64,000 bases of DNA from NCBI RefSeq assembly GCF_964194025.1, contig NC_134477.1, forward strand, positions 49,600,001-49,664,000, in the 5' to 3' direction. Under the pieces are notes generated by a model that saw only the letters and a program-made list of their open reading frames with translations, made no database searches and was not told the DNA's origin. The position numbers and the translations under genes were made by a program. How positions within the stretch are numbered: position 1 is the first letter of the stretch; each line of letters begins with the position of its first letter. Below, one piece after another: positions 12,601 to 26,511 of this stretch. This DNA comes from Convolutriloba macropyga. Lineage: Eukaryota.

Positions 12601-15600
12601 ATCCCGACGAAAAATTTTCCATGACTCGAATTATCTTGAATTAGCGCAAACTACCACGAATTAATCCAACCAATGGTGTTCATGTTTAAGCAATGCAGGA
12701 CAATTTTATAAACCGAAAGTGCGACGATTCGCAACCGTGCAAATATGATCAGACCATTTAATTCAGACAAAAAATGTCCGTTATCAATTTGCTCAGACAA
12801 CCAGTTGGCACGATTCAAACTATCCCGAAGTTTTTCGAAAATGTGAAATTTAAGACAAACATGATCCGACGGAACATACAATGGAAGAATTTGCGACTAC
12901 TATTCGACAATCCGGACTGTCCGAATCTATGCGACAGATCGGACAAAATTTATAACTGCTGAATTTTTTTCTCATTATAAGTTTTTTTCAGGTCGCATCT
13001 ACGGTGAGAATTACTGAAAAAAGTAACTTGCAAAATTGTGAGAAAGCTTTTAAAGATAACTGAATGAAATTCAAACAAAAAACAACAATTTTCGTTTTAA
13101 CTTTTTTAGTTTGTTAAAAAACACTCAATGAATAACAACAAATATACCATAACTTAATATAACATTTCAAATTCTTCTGACCAATTTTGCCGATCTAATA
13201 AAAAAATCAAGGATTTTTTGGGGAGGCGTTTGACAATACAGGTGTTGCTTGTGTTAACTTACAGCTCATGCTAATAAGTCAGATAAGTCATCTGACCTAT
13301 CTTCCTTAGTTAGCTTAAAGAATTTAAACTTTGAGAAGTGTAGAGTTTTTTGAATTCAGAGGGACTATGAGGCAGAATTTATCAGAGTATAAATCGATTA
13401 AGCCCGTTTCCTCACTAATATTTGAAATAACGAGTTTATGACTCAAAGTGATGAGGCTAGGAATCAAATATGTGGTCTCGTGATTCAACATAGCGCGCTT
13501 ATGATTCGAAGTAATGTATGGTCCAAAAGTATTCCGGACCATATAATTAACATCTGGGGTGCATTTTTCAGCCCGGGCTCTACCAAAACTTTTTCCGGAC
13601 TGTGAGTTTAAATTTTTTACAGACCGTATTGTCCACTCCATGTCCAATAGGACCATAACTGTTTTGGTTTGCAGATCTCATCTTGGGAGTTTGCGATGAA
13701 ACCCAACAACTGTTCTGAAAAAGGATACCTCTAATTCAGCATCTCATGCTCTAGATATCCTACGCGGAATTGATCTGTCAACTATCAACAATAGTCTCTC
13801 TCATTGAGCTGATTTAATCGAACTTTGAACGTTCAAAAAATGCCCAGCTTTTTTAATGTAATGCCAACCGTTTTTTGTAATTAATTTAAGACAAGCGTGA
13901 TCTGATAGAACAGACAATGGAAGAATTTGCGACTATTATTTGACAATCCGGACTGTCCGAATCTGTGCGACAGATCGGACAAAGTTTTTACAACTGCTGA
14001 ATTTTTTTTTCATTATAAGTCTTTTCAGGTCCCATCTACCGGTAATACTCCCCTCTACTGATAATTATTTAAAAAAGTAATTTGGAATTTGTGAGAAAAC
14101 TTGTAAAGATAACTGATTAAAATTCAAGCAAAATATAACAACTTTTGTTTTACTTTTTTTTAGTTTGTTAAAAAACACTCTAAATAGCTTGTGCGGACTC
14201 CAATTAGCCAAATTCCCTGCAATTACTCTCCACTAAAAATATAGAACTATAATGTTTTCTAAGCGGATCCAGCTTTTCATGCTAGAGGATCCCGACGAAA
14301 AATTTTCCATGACTCGAATTATCTTGAATTAGCGCAAACTACCACGAATTAATCCAACCAATGGTGTTCATGTTTAAGCAATGCAGGACAATTTTATAAA
14401 CCGAAAGTGCGACGATTCGAAACCGTGCAAATATGATCAGACCATTTAATTCAGACAAAAAATGTCCGTTATCAATTTGCTCAGACAACCAGTTGGCACG
14501 ATTCAGACTATCCCGAAGTTTTTTGAAAATGTGAAATTTAAGACAAACATGATCCGACGGAACATACAATGGAAGAATTTGCGACTACTATTCGACAATC
14601 CGGACTGTCCGAATCTGTGCGACAGATCGGACAAAATTTATAACTGCTGAATTTTCTTCTCATTATAAGTTTTTTTCAGGTCGCATCTACGGTGAGAATT
14701 ACTGAAAAAAGTAACTTGCAAAATTGTGAGAAAGCTTTTAAAGATAACTGAATGAAATTCAAACAAAAAACAACAATTTTCGTTTTAACTTTTTTAGTTT
14801 GTTAAAAAACACTCAATGAATAACAACAAATATACCATAACTTAATATAACATTTCAAATTCTTCTGACCAATTTTGCCGATCTAATAAAAAAATCAAGG
14901 ATTTTTTGGGGAGGCGTTTGACAATACAGGTGTTGCTTGTGTTAACTTACAGCTCATGCTAATAAGTCAGATAAGTCATCTGACCTATCTTCCTTAGTTA
15001 GCTTAAAGAATTTAAACTTTGAGAAGTGTAAAGTTTTTTGAATTCAGAGGGACTATGAGGCAGAATTTATCAGAGTATAAATCGATTAAGCCCGTTTCCT
15101 CACTAATATTTGAAATAACGAGTTTATGACTCAAAGTGATGAGGCTAGGAATCAAATATGTGGTCTCGTGATTCAACATAGCGCGCTTATGATTCGAAGT
15201 AATGTATGGTCCAAAAGTATTCCGGACCATATAATTAACATCTGGGGTGCATTTTTCAGCCCGGGCTCTACCAAAACTTTTTCCGGACTGTGAGTTTAAA
15301 TTTTTTACAGACCGTATTGTCCACTCCATGTCCAATAGGACCATAACTGTTTTGGTTTGCAGATCTCATCTTGGGAGTTTGCGATGAAACCCAACAACTG
15401 TTCTGAAAAAGGATACCTCTAATTCAGCATCTCATGCTCTAGATATCCTACGCGGAATTGATCTGTCAACTATCAACAATAGTCTCTCTCATTGAGCTGA
15501 TTTAATCGAACTTTGAACGTTCAAAAAATGCCCAGCTTTTTTAATGTAATGCCAACCGTTTTTTGTAATTAATTTAAGACAAGCGTGATCTGATAGAACA

Positions 15601-18600
15601 GACAATGGAAGAATTTGCGACTATTATTTGACAATCCGGACTGTCCGAATCTGTGCGACAGATCGGACAAAGTTTTTACAACTGCTGAATTTTTTTTTCA
15701 TTATAAGTCTTTTCAGGTCCCATCTACCGGTAATACTCCCCTCTACTGATAATTATTTAAAAAAGTAATTTGGAATTTGTGAGAAAACTTGTAAAGATAA
15801 CTGATTAAAATTCAAGCAAAATATAACAACTTTTGTTTTACTTTTTTTTAGTTTGTTAAAAAACACTCTAAATAGCTTGTGCGGACTCCAATTAGCCAAA
15901 TTCCCTGCAATTACTCTCCACTAAAAATATAGAACTATAATGTTTTCTAAGCGGATCCAGCTTTTCATGCTAGAGGATCCCGACGAAAAATTTTCCATGA
16001 CTCGAATTATCTTGAATTAGCGCAAACTACCACGAATTAATCCAACCAATGGTGTTCATGTTTAAGCAATGCAGGATAATTTTATAAACCGAAAGTGCGA
16101 CGATTCGAAACCGTGCAAATATGATCAGACCATTTAATTCAGACAAAAAATGTCCGTTATCAATTTGCTCAGACAACCAGTTGGCACGATTCAGACTATC
16201 CCGAAGTTTTTTGAAAATGTGAAATTTAAGACAAACATGATCCGACGGAACATACAATGGAAGAATTTGCGACTACTATTCGACAATCCGGACTGTCCGA
16301 ATCTGTGCGACAGATCGGACAAAATTTATAACTGCTGAATTTTCTTCTCATTATAAGTTTTTTTCAGGTCGCATCTACCGTGAGAATTACTGAAAAAAGT
16401 AACTTGGAAAATTGTGAGAAAGCTTTTAAAGATAACTGAATGAAATTCAAACGAAAAACAACAATTTTCGTTTTAACTTTTTTAGTTTGTTAAAAAACAC
16501 TCAATGATTAACATTAAATATACCATAACTTAATATAACATTTCAAATTCTTCTGACCAATTTTGCCGATCTAATAAAAAAATCAAGGATTTTTTGGGCA
16601 GGCGTTTGACAATACAGGTGTTGCTTGTGTTAACTTACAGCTCATGCTAATAAGTCAGATAAGTCATCTGACCTATCTTCCTTAGTTAGCTTAAAGAATT
16701 TAAACTTTGAGAAGTGTAACGTTTTTTGAATTCAGAGGGACTATGAGGCAGAATTTATCAGAGTATAAATCGATTAAGCCCGTTTCCTCACTAATATTTG
16801 AAATAACGAGTTTATGACTCAAAGTGATGAGGCTAGGAATCAAATATGTGGTCTCGTGATTCAACATAGCGCGCTTATGATTCGAAGTAATGTATGGTCC
16901 AAAAGTATTCCAGACCATATAATTAACATCTGGGGTGCATTTTTCAGCCCGGGCTCTACCAAAACTTTTTCCGGACTGTGAGTTTAAATTTTTTACAGAC
17001 CGTTTTGTCCACTCCATGTCCAATAGGACCATACCTGTTTTGGTTTGCAGATCTCATCTTGGGAGTTTGCGATGAAACCCAACAACTGTTCTGAAAAAAG
17101 ATACCTCTAATTCAGCATCTCATGCTCAAGATATCTTAAGCGGAATTGATCTGTCAACTATCAACAATAGTCTCTCTCATTGAGCTGATTTAATCAAACT
17201 TTGAACGTTCAGAAAATGCCCAGCTTTTTTTAATGTAATGCCAACCGTTTTTTGTAATTAATTTAAGACAAGCGTGATCTGATAGAACAGACAATGGAAG
17301 AATTTGCGACTATTATTTGACAATCCGGACTGTCCGAATCTGTGCGACAGATCGAACAAAGTTTTTACAACTGCTGATTTTTTTTCTCATTATAAGTCTT
17401 TTCAGGTCCCATCTACCGGCAATACTCCCCTCTACTGATAATTATTGAAAAAAGTAATTTGGAATTTGTGAGAAAACTTGTAAAGATAACTGATTAAAAT
17501 TCAAGCAAAATATAACAACTTTTGTTTTACTTTTTTTAGTTTGTTAAAAAACACTCTAAATAGCTTGTGCGGACTCCAATTAGCCAAATTCCCTGCAATT
17601 ACTCTCCACTAAAAATATAGAACTATAATGTTTTCTCAGCGGATCCAGCTTTTCATGCTAGAGGATACCGACGAAAAATTTTCCATGACTCGAATTATCT
17701 TGAATTAGCGCAAACTACCACGAATTAATCCAACCAATGGTGTTCATGTTTAAACAATGCAGGACCATTTTATAAACCGAAAGTGCGACGATTCGAAACC
17801 GTGCAACTATGATCAGACCATTTAATTCAGACAAAAAATGTCCGATATCAATTTGCTCAGACAAGCAGTTGACACGATTCAAACTATCCCGAAGTTTTTC
17901 GAAAATGTGAAATTTAAGACAAACATGATCCGACGGAACATACAATGGAAGAATTTGCGACAACTATTCGACAATCCGGACTGTCCGAATCTGTGCGACA
18001 GATCGGACAAAATTTATAACTGCTGAATTTTTTTCTCATTATAAGTTTTTTTCAGGTCGTATCTACCGTGAGAATTACTGAAAAAAGTAACTTGGAAAAT
18101 TGTGAGAAAGCTTTTAAAGATAACTGAATGAAATTCAAACGAAAAACGACAATTTTTGTTTTAACTTTTTTAGTTTGTTAAAAAACACTCAATGAATAAC
18201 AACAAATATACCATAACTTAATATAACATTTCAAATTCTTCTGACCAATTTTGCCGATCTAATAAAAAAATCAAGGATTTTTTGGGCAGGCGTTTGACAA
18301 TACAGGTGTTGCTTGTGTTAACTTACAGCTCATGCTAATAAGTCAGATAAGTCATCTGACCTATCTTCCTTAGTTAGCTTAAAGAATTTAAACTTTGAGA
18401 AGTGTAAAGTTTTTTGAATTCAGAGGGACTATGAGGCAGAATTTATCAGAGTATAAATCGAATAAGCCCGTTTCCTCACTAATATTTGAAATAACGAGTT
18501 TATGACTCAAAGTGATGAGGCTAGGAATCAAATATGTGGTCTCGTGATTCAACATAGCGCGCTTATGATTCGAAGTAATGTATGGTCCAAAAGTATTCCA

Positions 18601-19092
18601 GACCATATAATTAACATCTGGGGTGCATTTTTCAGCCCGGGCTCTACCAAAACTTTTTCCGGACTGTGAGTTTAAATTTTTTACAGACCGTTTTGTCCAC
18701 TCCATGTCCAATAGGACCATACCTGTTTTGGTTTGCAGATCTCATCCTGGGAGTTTGCTATGAAAATAAAACAACTGGTCTGAAACTCGTGAAGAGGGAT
18801 ACATCTCATTCACCATCTCATGCTCTGGAGATCTCAAGCGGAATTGATCTATCAACTGTCAACCATAGTCTCTACCTTGAAGCTGATTTAATCGAACTTC
18901 GAACGTTCAAAAAAAAGCCAATTTTCAGAATAATGATGTGGTCATATTAATGCCCATGCTTTTTCCCCGATTAATGCAATTTTTTCCGATGTTTTCAACA
19001 CGTTTTAAGTTTGAAAGTTGAACTTTTCACTAATTTTTAAAACGTTCGCTTATTTCAACTTTCAGAGATACGTTAAAAATATAGGTTGGGCG
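9670..19092. repeat. Higher-order tandem array in gene A intron 1: four near-identical 1688-bp units (~11950-18750) flanked by diverged partial copies
   Basis: Identical ORFs recur at 12651/14339/16027/17715 and 13324/15012/16700/18388 (period 1688). Each unit has two copies of a GGAAGAATTTGCGACTA..TGTCCGAATCTGTGCGACAGATCGGACA sub-block. 18750-19092 matches 10990-11321. Confidence 0.97.
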
Positions 19093-19176
19093 ACCCAGAT
19101 AGAGTGGCTCAGATAACCTGGTATTCTTTGAGAACTATCGTGATGATTCAAAGATTAAAGTCCGATTTTCTGCTAG

Positions 19177-19294
19177 TGACTTTTGCGTATAGTCACGAAA
19201 ACTTGATCAAAACTATATTGCACGAATTTTGTTATCCGGCACTCTATATACCAATATCTGGCACTGCAGTAACCTGCGATTTGGAAACTTTCAA
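19177..19294 (+). CDS. Gene A candidate exon 2 (phase 1->2)
   Basis: Acceptor TTTTCTGCTAG| and strong donor AA|GTGAGT. Open in the frame required by exon 1: (L)TFAYSHENLIKTILHEFCYPALYIPISGTAVTCDLETF(K). The acceptor choice is uncertain because the frame is open back to ~19077. Confidence 0.45.
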
Positions 19295-19800
19295 GTGAGT
19301 GTCGCAACTGATTATTCATTATTCTATCTGTGGGAAGTGTTTTTTGAGTTGATTTTGTCAGATCAATCAGTCAACACGTGAAATTAATGTGAAAAGAACA
19401 AAAACAAGAAAATCACGTTAATAGAAATAATACAAAAGATGCATGAATAAGTAACGAAAATTCAACTAAAAGGTCCAAATTTAGCTACTATACGATAGGT
19501 TTTAAAGTAAGACATATTGAGTTTTTTCAGCCGCGACAAAACAAGCCCAAGCGTCAGTTCTCTGCAAACACAACTATAGTGCAACTGCGCCGCTGTCTGA
19601 TTATATCCCTTATACAACCAATTACGACAAAGAAAATCGGAAGGATGACTTCGCAATCCTTAAAAACCAAAAACCAGTATGGGATGGGTGCAGCAATTTC
19701 ACGGGAATCAATTTATGCTCGGATAATAAGCAGGGACAAACAAACATACACACACATCCACATACATACACAAACTCATATACACACAACACACACACAC

Positions 19801-20281
19801 CCCGGGTCGAATATTTCCGCCCAAAAAGATGTAAGAATGGGGCTGCAATTGGATATTTTCTTAGGAAAATGCAGCTCAAAACTCTTACATCTTTTTGGGC
19901 TGCAATGGTCGTCTGCCAATGGGGGGGGGGGTTAAAATGATGTAAGAGTAAGGCGGTAATAGATAAATTGTCCCCTAACTCTTACATCATTTTGCCCCCT
20001 TGACAGACCAAAAAGATCTAAGAGTGGGGGGTTAATATACCTTTTACCCACTCACTCTTACATGATTCCCCACCCCTCCTTAGCCCATTGAAGCCCAAAA
20101 GATGCAAGAGTTTTGAGCTGCAATTTCCTCAAACGTCCTCCCATTGCAACCCCACTCTTACATCATTGTATTCCTCAGATCAAATTACTCTTCACTCTTA
20201 CATCATTTTCCCCGCTAACACAAATTACCCTTCCAATCTTACAAGAAAATGGGGTGTTTTTAGGCAGGTTGTTCGACCCGG
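19801..20281. mobile_element. MITE/foldback element with CC(C)GGGTCGAA termini inserted in a CA-rich tract
   Basis: Left CCCGGGTCGAATA, right TGTTCGACCCGG. Internal inverted arms 19820-19910 vs 20084-20164; repeated GATGTAAGA/TCTTACATC motifs. Confidence 0.75.
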
Positions 20282-21139
20282 AACACTAACATCACACACA
20301 TACAACCCATGAATTGAACAAAAAAGACAATACTGCAATTTTTACTGGATTATATGTTCCTACTGCGACAACCCATACCATCCGCGCCAATTCCATGCCA
20401 GATCTTGGATTTCCACATCCCATTTCCAAACAGTACCATTTTTAAAATCATGAAATATCTTGCGTGATTTTTTCCATCTGGGTTTTTTTCAAAAGTCCAA
20501 TTTCATTCAAATTGGAGCCAAAATCAAGCAAAGCTATAACTTTCATATCAGACCCACAAAATGGTTTCTCAGATCTTGGCAAGATCTTGAAATGATCTGG
20601 CGTGATTTTCTAAGTTACAGGGGCTACCATCCTGGAAAAATAGAATATAAGGAAGATCAGTCAGATAACAAGCACATCCATTTTCATGTTTCAGCATGAC
20701 TGTTGGTGTTTTTTGTAGATTTTGTTTTCTCAGCCCAAATACATTGTTTTTTGTAGATCTTTTGTTTCTCCCAATATATTACTCCAGTTCTGAATCAAAT
20801 GGTTGCAAATGATTTAGCCAATGCAATTTTTTTGTGCTGCTTCTCTATAAAATTAAAATGGCCGTGTCAATAAACTCTTCAAGAACAAAAACAATAATGT
20901 TTTGTCCTGACCAATTGTCTACTTTTTGCTTAATTTGCTTCAACTTGAACGTTGTATCAAAATTTACCAAATTACCGACGGCATTTCCAAACTCAATAAG
21001 TTAGATTTGTTCTGTAAACAAAGAAACATATAAATCTTTGGAGCCAGCATGACCGCTTTTAGCCGAAAGGAGTCCACTCTATTTTTTTAGCTTTCTAAAT
21101 TTATTTTGATTTGACTTGGATTTTTGAATTTGATTTCAG

Positions 21140-21180
21140 ATCACCAGGTTCTCTTGTCATTATTATCAACGGGAGTATAA
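21140..21180 (+). CDS. Gene A candidate exon 3 (41 nt, phase 2->1)
   Basis: TTTGATTTCAG| ... AA|GTGAGT; reads SPGSLVIIINGSI in the required frame. Confidence 0.45.
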
Positions 21181-21524
21181 GTGAGTAAAATCGTTGTTTT
21201 TACGGCAATGAGCTTTTCATCAGTTGCGATATCAATGAATTAACCGTGCAAATTTTCCGTGCTCACTTTTATAATTTAAATTAATAATTAAGTCATCTAA
21301 CACTTTTAAGCGAGTTCTGAAACTGCCCTCAATACTTTAAGCAAAAAATTGATAATTAGATGAAAACCCGTAAAATCTTTCCATGATGCTTTTGATATCA
21401 CTTTTGCTTGAGGCCGTGTCTGCCTCTGGTACATGTCAAACCGTCCACACAGATGTTTTTGGATTTCTGACTCCTTTCCCAATTTATCCATGACCAAACC
21501 TAACCATTTTTATTGTCATGCCAG

Positions 21525-21556
21525 TGGTCTGCAATTTTAGTTTTGTTTGGATCACG
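21525..21556 (+). CDS. Gene A candidate exon 4 (32 nt, phase 1->0)
   Basis: Branch CCTAAC, acceptor GTCATGCCAG|, donor ACG|GTGAGT. Encodes VCNFSFVWIT, matching gene C ECNFTGIEIC, and restores phase 0 for the next exon. Confidence 0.55.
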
Positions 21557-22165
21557 GTGAGTGAGTGCTCATAAGTTATAATAGCGTGGAGTTGTTGAAG
21601 TAAAAACAGAAAAATTTCACAAGTTTTTTTTATAATTAATGGTAGCAAGTATTTATTGGCATTTTTTGATGGCTGGAGTTTTTTATTACTGGCATTTTAC
21701 AGCACTCTAGCAGAACAATAAAGACTAATCTCTTGTTCCGTTGGCCGGGATCATGAACTGAGGCTGTGAATTTTATGCGCTAAAGGTTGTGAATAAAAAT
21801 GTGCTAAAGGTAGAGAAATTGGGCAAGTATTTAAAACTGCAATAAAATCTTCTAAAGTGTGGAAATTGTTTGGTGAGAAATGCGCAGCCAGGTTCAGCAA
21901 CAAGCGGAATAAAATCCAGCGGATAAGTTTTTCATATTTATCTAATTCTCGTTGGCAAAAATTATTCGAGAAATGCTTTGAAAAATCATCACGCTGAGTG
22001 AACAATTAAAATATTTCGTCAAAATTATTTTTTAGCGGTTGTCCGCGCATTTCTTACACCTTTTTCAAAAAAATTTTCAACCCGTTTTTTTTTTCAACAA
22101 AATCCGCATGATTTTAATTAGGGTAATTCTGACAAATACTTTTTGTGTGTCTGTTACGTGAACAG

Positions 22166-22391
22166 GGAGTGATCAAAGTATTCGACTATCCAGGTGATGG
22201 TCCACAATTCTACTTCCGCAAATATGAATTACCTCTGAAAAACAATTGCAGGTTCAGAAATATATCTTCCCTCCTTTGTTTCAAAAACGACGAGAACCAT
22301 TACGTGAACACAAAAAATTCGAATTACAAAGGTGCACCTGTGGTCAGGTACACGAAGGACGATAATGGAACCGAGTCTACATGCCTTATTG
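22166..22391 (+). CDS. Gene A exon (phase 0->1): C-terminal half of the trypsin-like domain, catalytic Ser motif degenerate (NYKGAPVV)
   Basis: Acceptor GAACAG|GGA, donor ATTG|GTAAAT. Roughly one-third identical to gene C exon 48235-48019 (GV..D.P..F.K.EL.L...C..LLCF.ND..G.PVV...K..NGT.S.CL). Confidence 0.85.
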
Positions 22392-25300
22392 GTAAATATT
22401 ACATATTTTAATTTTTTATGATAAAGAAGATTTGTGTCTGCTAGCTATAGCAAAATATTCTTCTGAAGTGTTCAGCTATAAATCATGAACATTATTTTCT
22501 CTCTCTTTTTTGAAGTAAGGCATAATAATCAGGCAATTTTTCAACTGTTACAAGCAAAACAATTGTAAACTGAAATAATTTTTTTGCAGTTTTGAAAATA
22601 GGAGAGAAAAACAACAAAAGTTACATCCATTAGCTCTAATCATTTTTTATGCAATTTACGCTTACTAGTTTAGTATCATATTTTCATAAGATATTAGTTT
22701 CGTAAATAATGCTGTTTTTGTAGTAAAAATGAAGTAGAAAAATGAAAATTTCGTAGAAAAACGGAAACTTAAAATAGTTTTTGTGTTAAACTGTTTTCTT
22801 TTTTTAAATCTATTTTGCCTGAAAGATCTAACAATTTTCTTTTGGATCTATAAGCAATATTTTTCCAGATTACCTGTCAAGTGCTAGTCGACATGCAAAA
22901 AAAAACGGCAAATGAATATTTATTAGCTCTTCTCTCCTTTTGACCAGTAGTTGAATTTGTTCTGGCCCATTGCTCGCTATGATTTTGTCGTTTTCTAAAA
23001 TTTAAAAAAGTATCCTTTTGGTTTTATCACTCTTTTTCTATATAAAAAGGAAAGCTTAAATAAAATTTGAATCGAAGTCTGACGTACTCCCATTAATTTT
23101 TTAAAATTTTTCCTTCTTTTGAACTTTCAGTTAGTTCTTGATAATAGATCTTTTTATATTACAGCTTAGATTTTCTTCTTCAACTCTAGTCCATTTTCAG
23201 AAAACTTCAAAAAAAATCCTATCTTTTTGATTCAAGATTTTGTGTTAGTGTTGTGTGCGAAAAGTTTTCCCGGTTAAATTCCTGGAGTTGCTTTTTTAAA
23301 CATTGTAATCTATTGACCAGGTTATTATCAACTTTTATTTGGTTTCTAAATAGTTTTATATAGCAACAATATAAAAGAAAAAGTTATGAAAAGGGTATAT
23401 AGCAACATTATAAAAGAAAAAAAACAATATGGTAATTAAGTATTCTTTACTTGGCCGATTTTGCAAGAGAACACCAAAACCAGCATATACGTCGCAACTT
23501 TAAGTGAAGTTAGTTATTTTGCAGTCCTTTGGAGCATCATCAGCGAGAAAAAATTTTTAAAGAAGACCCATTTTACCACTTTGCTTCTGTCTATTTTCTG
23601 TGCTCTGAATCCCTTTTTTTTTGTTTCCGTACAGTACTCACAAATTGAACTACTCTCAATTCTACTCAAAAATTGATTTTGTGCATGTGATCTCATTTCT
23701 TTCGTCATTTGAAGCCAGCTAAAATTCGAGTTGGGTGATGAAAATGGTCTCACTATTACAACAAAAATTGAGTTTTCAATTGAGAATACGTACGATGATG
23801 AAGTGCACCTAATGAGTGTATATGTTTTCGGTTTAAATTCTCCATTGTCAATTCTCTTCACGTTTTTAAAGTTTTGGATCCACGAAAACTGACATGAGGA
23901 AACAAGGATTGTAAAAAAATTTTGATGTCGATTTCAATTGAAAACAGAGAGAAACACTTATATTTGTTCTGAGTAGAGTCTCTGAGTTCTTCCACGTAAC
24001 CGTTGAATTTCTAGTTTCTTATGACATCTAGAATTGACGAAAACACTCTTAAATTGTTCGAGAAATACAAAAACAATAAATTTTCCATCACCAATAGTCC
24101 GTTAGTGGAAAATTTTCTACTGTATACTTATGGATTAGGTAATGTTTGCGGTGATGTAAAGTTCAATTAGAGCCAGAATGAATTTCACGAGATTTAAATT
24201 TTCTTTCCTTGAGAAACCGATGTTTATCAACCCTTTAATGGCACAGGTGGAGGATTTTTTGCAAAAAAAAATGTAAGATAAGCTGTAACTAGAGTTGACA
24301 AATTGGAAAAATCGCCGCATTTTTCATACATAATTTTGCGTTGAGTGCATTAAATTTATAGACGTAAACTGATCGCTTTCAATGCAAATTTTTGTAAGAA
24401 AATTGCGGTGAATTTTCCGACTTATCAACGCTAGTTACCGCTTATCTTACATAATTTTGGGTTTCTAAGCGTAGATTTTATATAACTTTTCGTTGAAATT
24501 AGCGCAGAACTTACATAATTTTGCGTTGATCTTACAAAAATTTAACTGGCAAACCTCTGTGTATGAAACTCGAGCCACACTGACCTCCTGCTTGCTTATC
24601 GCTGTTTCTACCACTGTGCCACAGTACCTTAGTTATATCAAGGGACATTCTTTGAAATCGAACTGTAAAATCACGTTGCACATAATTTTGGCGTTTCTAA
24701 GATCGTAGGTCTTACATAATTTTGCTGTTTCTAGGCGTGAATTATAATTAATTTTGAGTTTCTAAGCGTAGTTCTTACAAATATTCAGTACTTATTAGTA
24801 GCAAATAGTCAAATTTTGTGGTTTTCAATGCACCTAACATGAACTTGACAACAAAAATACGTTTAAGACTCTAAAATCACTAACCTAACCCTAACCGGCA
24901 TCCTCCCAAGTACCAAACTACCCCCGCCCGCCCAGTTCAAACACACACACACAAGCCCATACCTAGTCACCCAAAAAATATGTAAAACCAATGCTGATTT
25001 AAACGCAAAATTTAGTAAGATCAACCCCAACAAAATAAACGCAAAATAATGTAAGAATTCTTCTTCTTATAGCAAGATATGATAGATGAGTACTACAGTA
25101 GAATGCTCACATGTATTTTCGTCCAAACACTTCCCAGTGAAAAGAGTTATAAGATCAGATGCACTACTAAAAGAATTTGCGAGATTATCTTCGAAATGAA
25201 TATGATTAACCCGTACTAAGGAGATCATATTGAGCACACCAATTAATAAATTTTCTGCACAGCAAAGACTGCCATCCGTAGAATTTTTTTTAACAAGGAG

Positions 25301-26511
25301 GCTTCTTAATGTGTGTTTGCACATGATGTTCCGACCCGCGATCATCTACAATTTTGACATAAAAGTCAACCAAATGAAGAGATAATCAAAAATAGATATT
25401 TGAGTTTGATAAAGTTGTTACACAATCTACTAAATGAATTACATAATGCCTTGCTTCACTACATTGTTCGGTGATCTCACACCATTATTAAGACTACTGG
25501 AGAAAAAAATAAACAAAAATAAGCAAAAGGAAAGTACGCCAAAAAATCAACATCTGAAATTAAAAGCACCTAGTAACAACGTCAAAATACAATCAGAAGA
25601 AAACCTAACTATAAAAATTTACTTTTTCGTTACTACTAAACTTGTGGGACTTTATATTCATGAGACTAGGTAACAAGTTGACAAAAAGAGGCAATAATGA
25701 GGCGAAATTCAAAAATCAGCCAATATTTTTTAAACCAAATACTTACAAACGTCTTAAAAACCATTACTTTTTAACAAAAAACACTCCTGATAAATACACT
25801 GAAAACTTATTATGAATTCAATATAACCTGTCTTCGAATAGACTAAGCCACAGAAACGGACTAAAGAAAAATTGAAAAAAAATATAAACAATTTGCGAAA
25901 ACACTAATTTTTGAAGCCATTAAAATCTTTCGCTTTATCTGAACATTTTATTTTTTTTTCAAATGTTAATTAAAATATTTCAGTTAAAACTATGCTGAAA
26001 GAATAAGTTAGTTCACTTGGGCCTCATTTGAAAATCATTGGGATCTGTTTTTACGCGAATATGCTAAAAGAAGAGTAAAATGAACACAAATTGTAACGGC
26101 TGCTCTCCTTGTGTTTCACAAAGAAAGTTTTACACCGCCCAGTTCGTTCTGAGTGGTTACAAAATCTGTCCGGATTGTTCGTTTATGCAGTTTGCTGTTG
26201 TAACTGTATATCCGTTCTGCTGTACTTACCGTTGCATTTACTACTCTGTTCGTAATTATTGGCTAATCTTAGTTTTTTCAACTATCAATTTGAACTGGAT
26301 TGCTAGAGATCACACAATACGGGATCTCTTTATGTATACCAGTTCAATCCGATAGAAAAAACAAATCGAAGACAAAGATATATGTCTAAGACCTGTTTGT
26401 GCAAAAATATTTAAATTAAAACTTAAGTTGGCTTTTGCTGTTTGTACTCAAAAGTTGAGAACACCAGAAGTTGGGGTTGTAACAGTTGAATTTCAGTTCC
26501 AATATTTCGTA

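Noticed and set aside
12651-18950. Repeated 60-110 aa ORFs in the 1688-bp array
   Set aside because: Overlapping on both strands, no recognisable motifs, and disrupted in the diverged copies; by-products of the repeat.
19066-19176. Longer version of gene A exon 2 (RLGD..KSDFLLVTF resembles S1 LG / DIALL motifs)
   Set aside because: The strong acceptor at 19065 is followed by an in-frame TAA (19074) and lies in the repeat. Not excluded, but the 19177 acceptor gives an intact frame.
21374-21493. Frame reading FGFLTPFP, similar to gene C FGQYIPYP
   Set aside because: Interrupted by TGA at 21491 and lacks a good acceptor; chance similarity or a relic.
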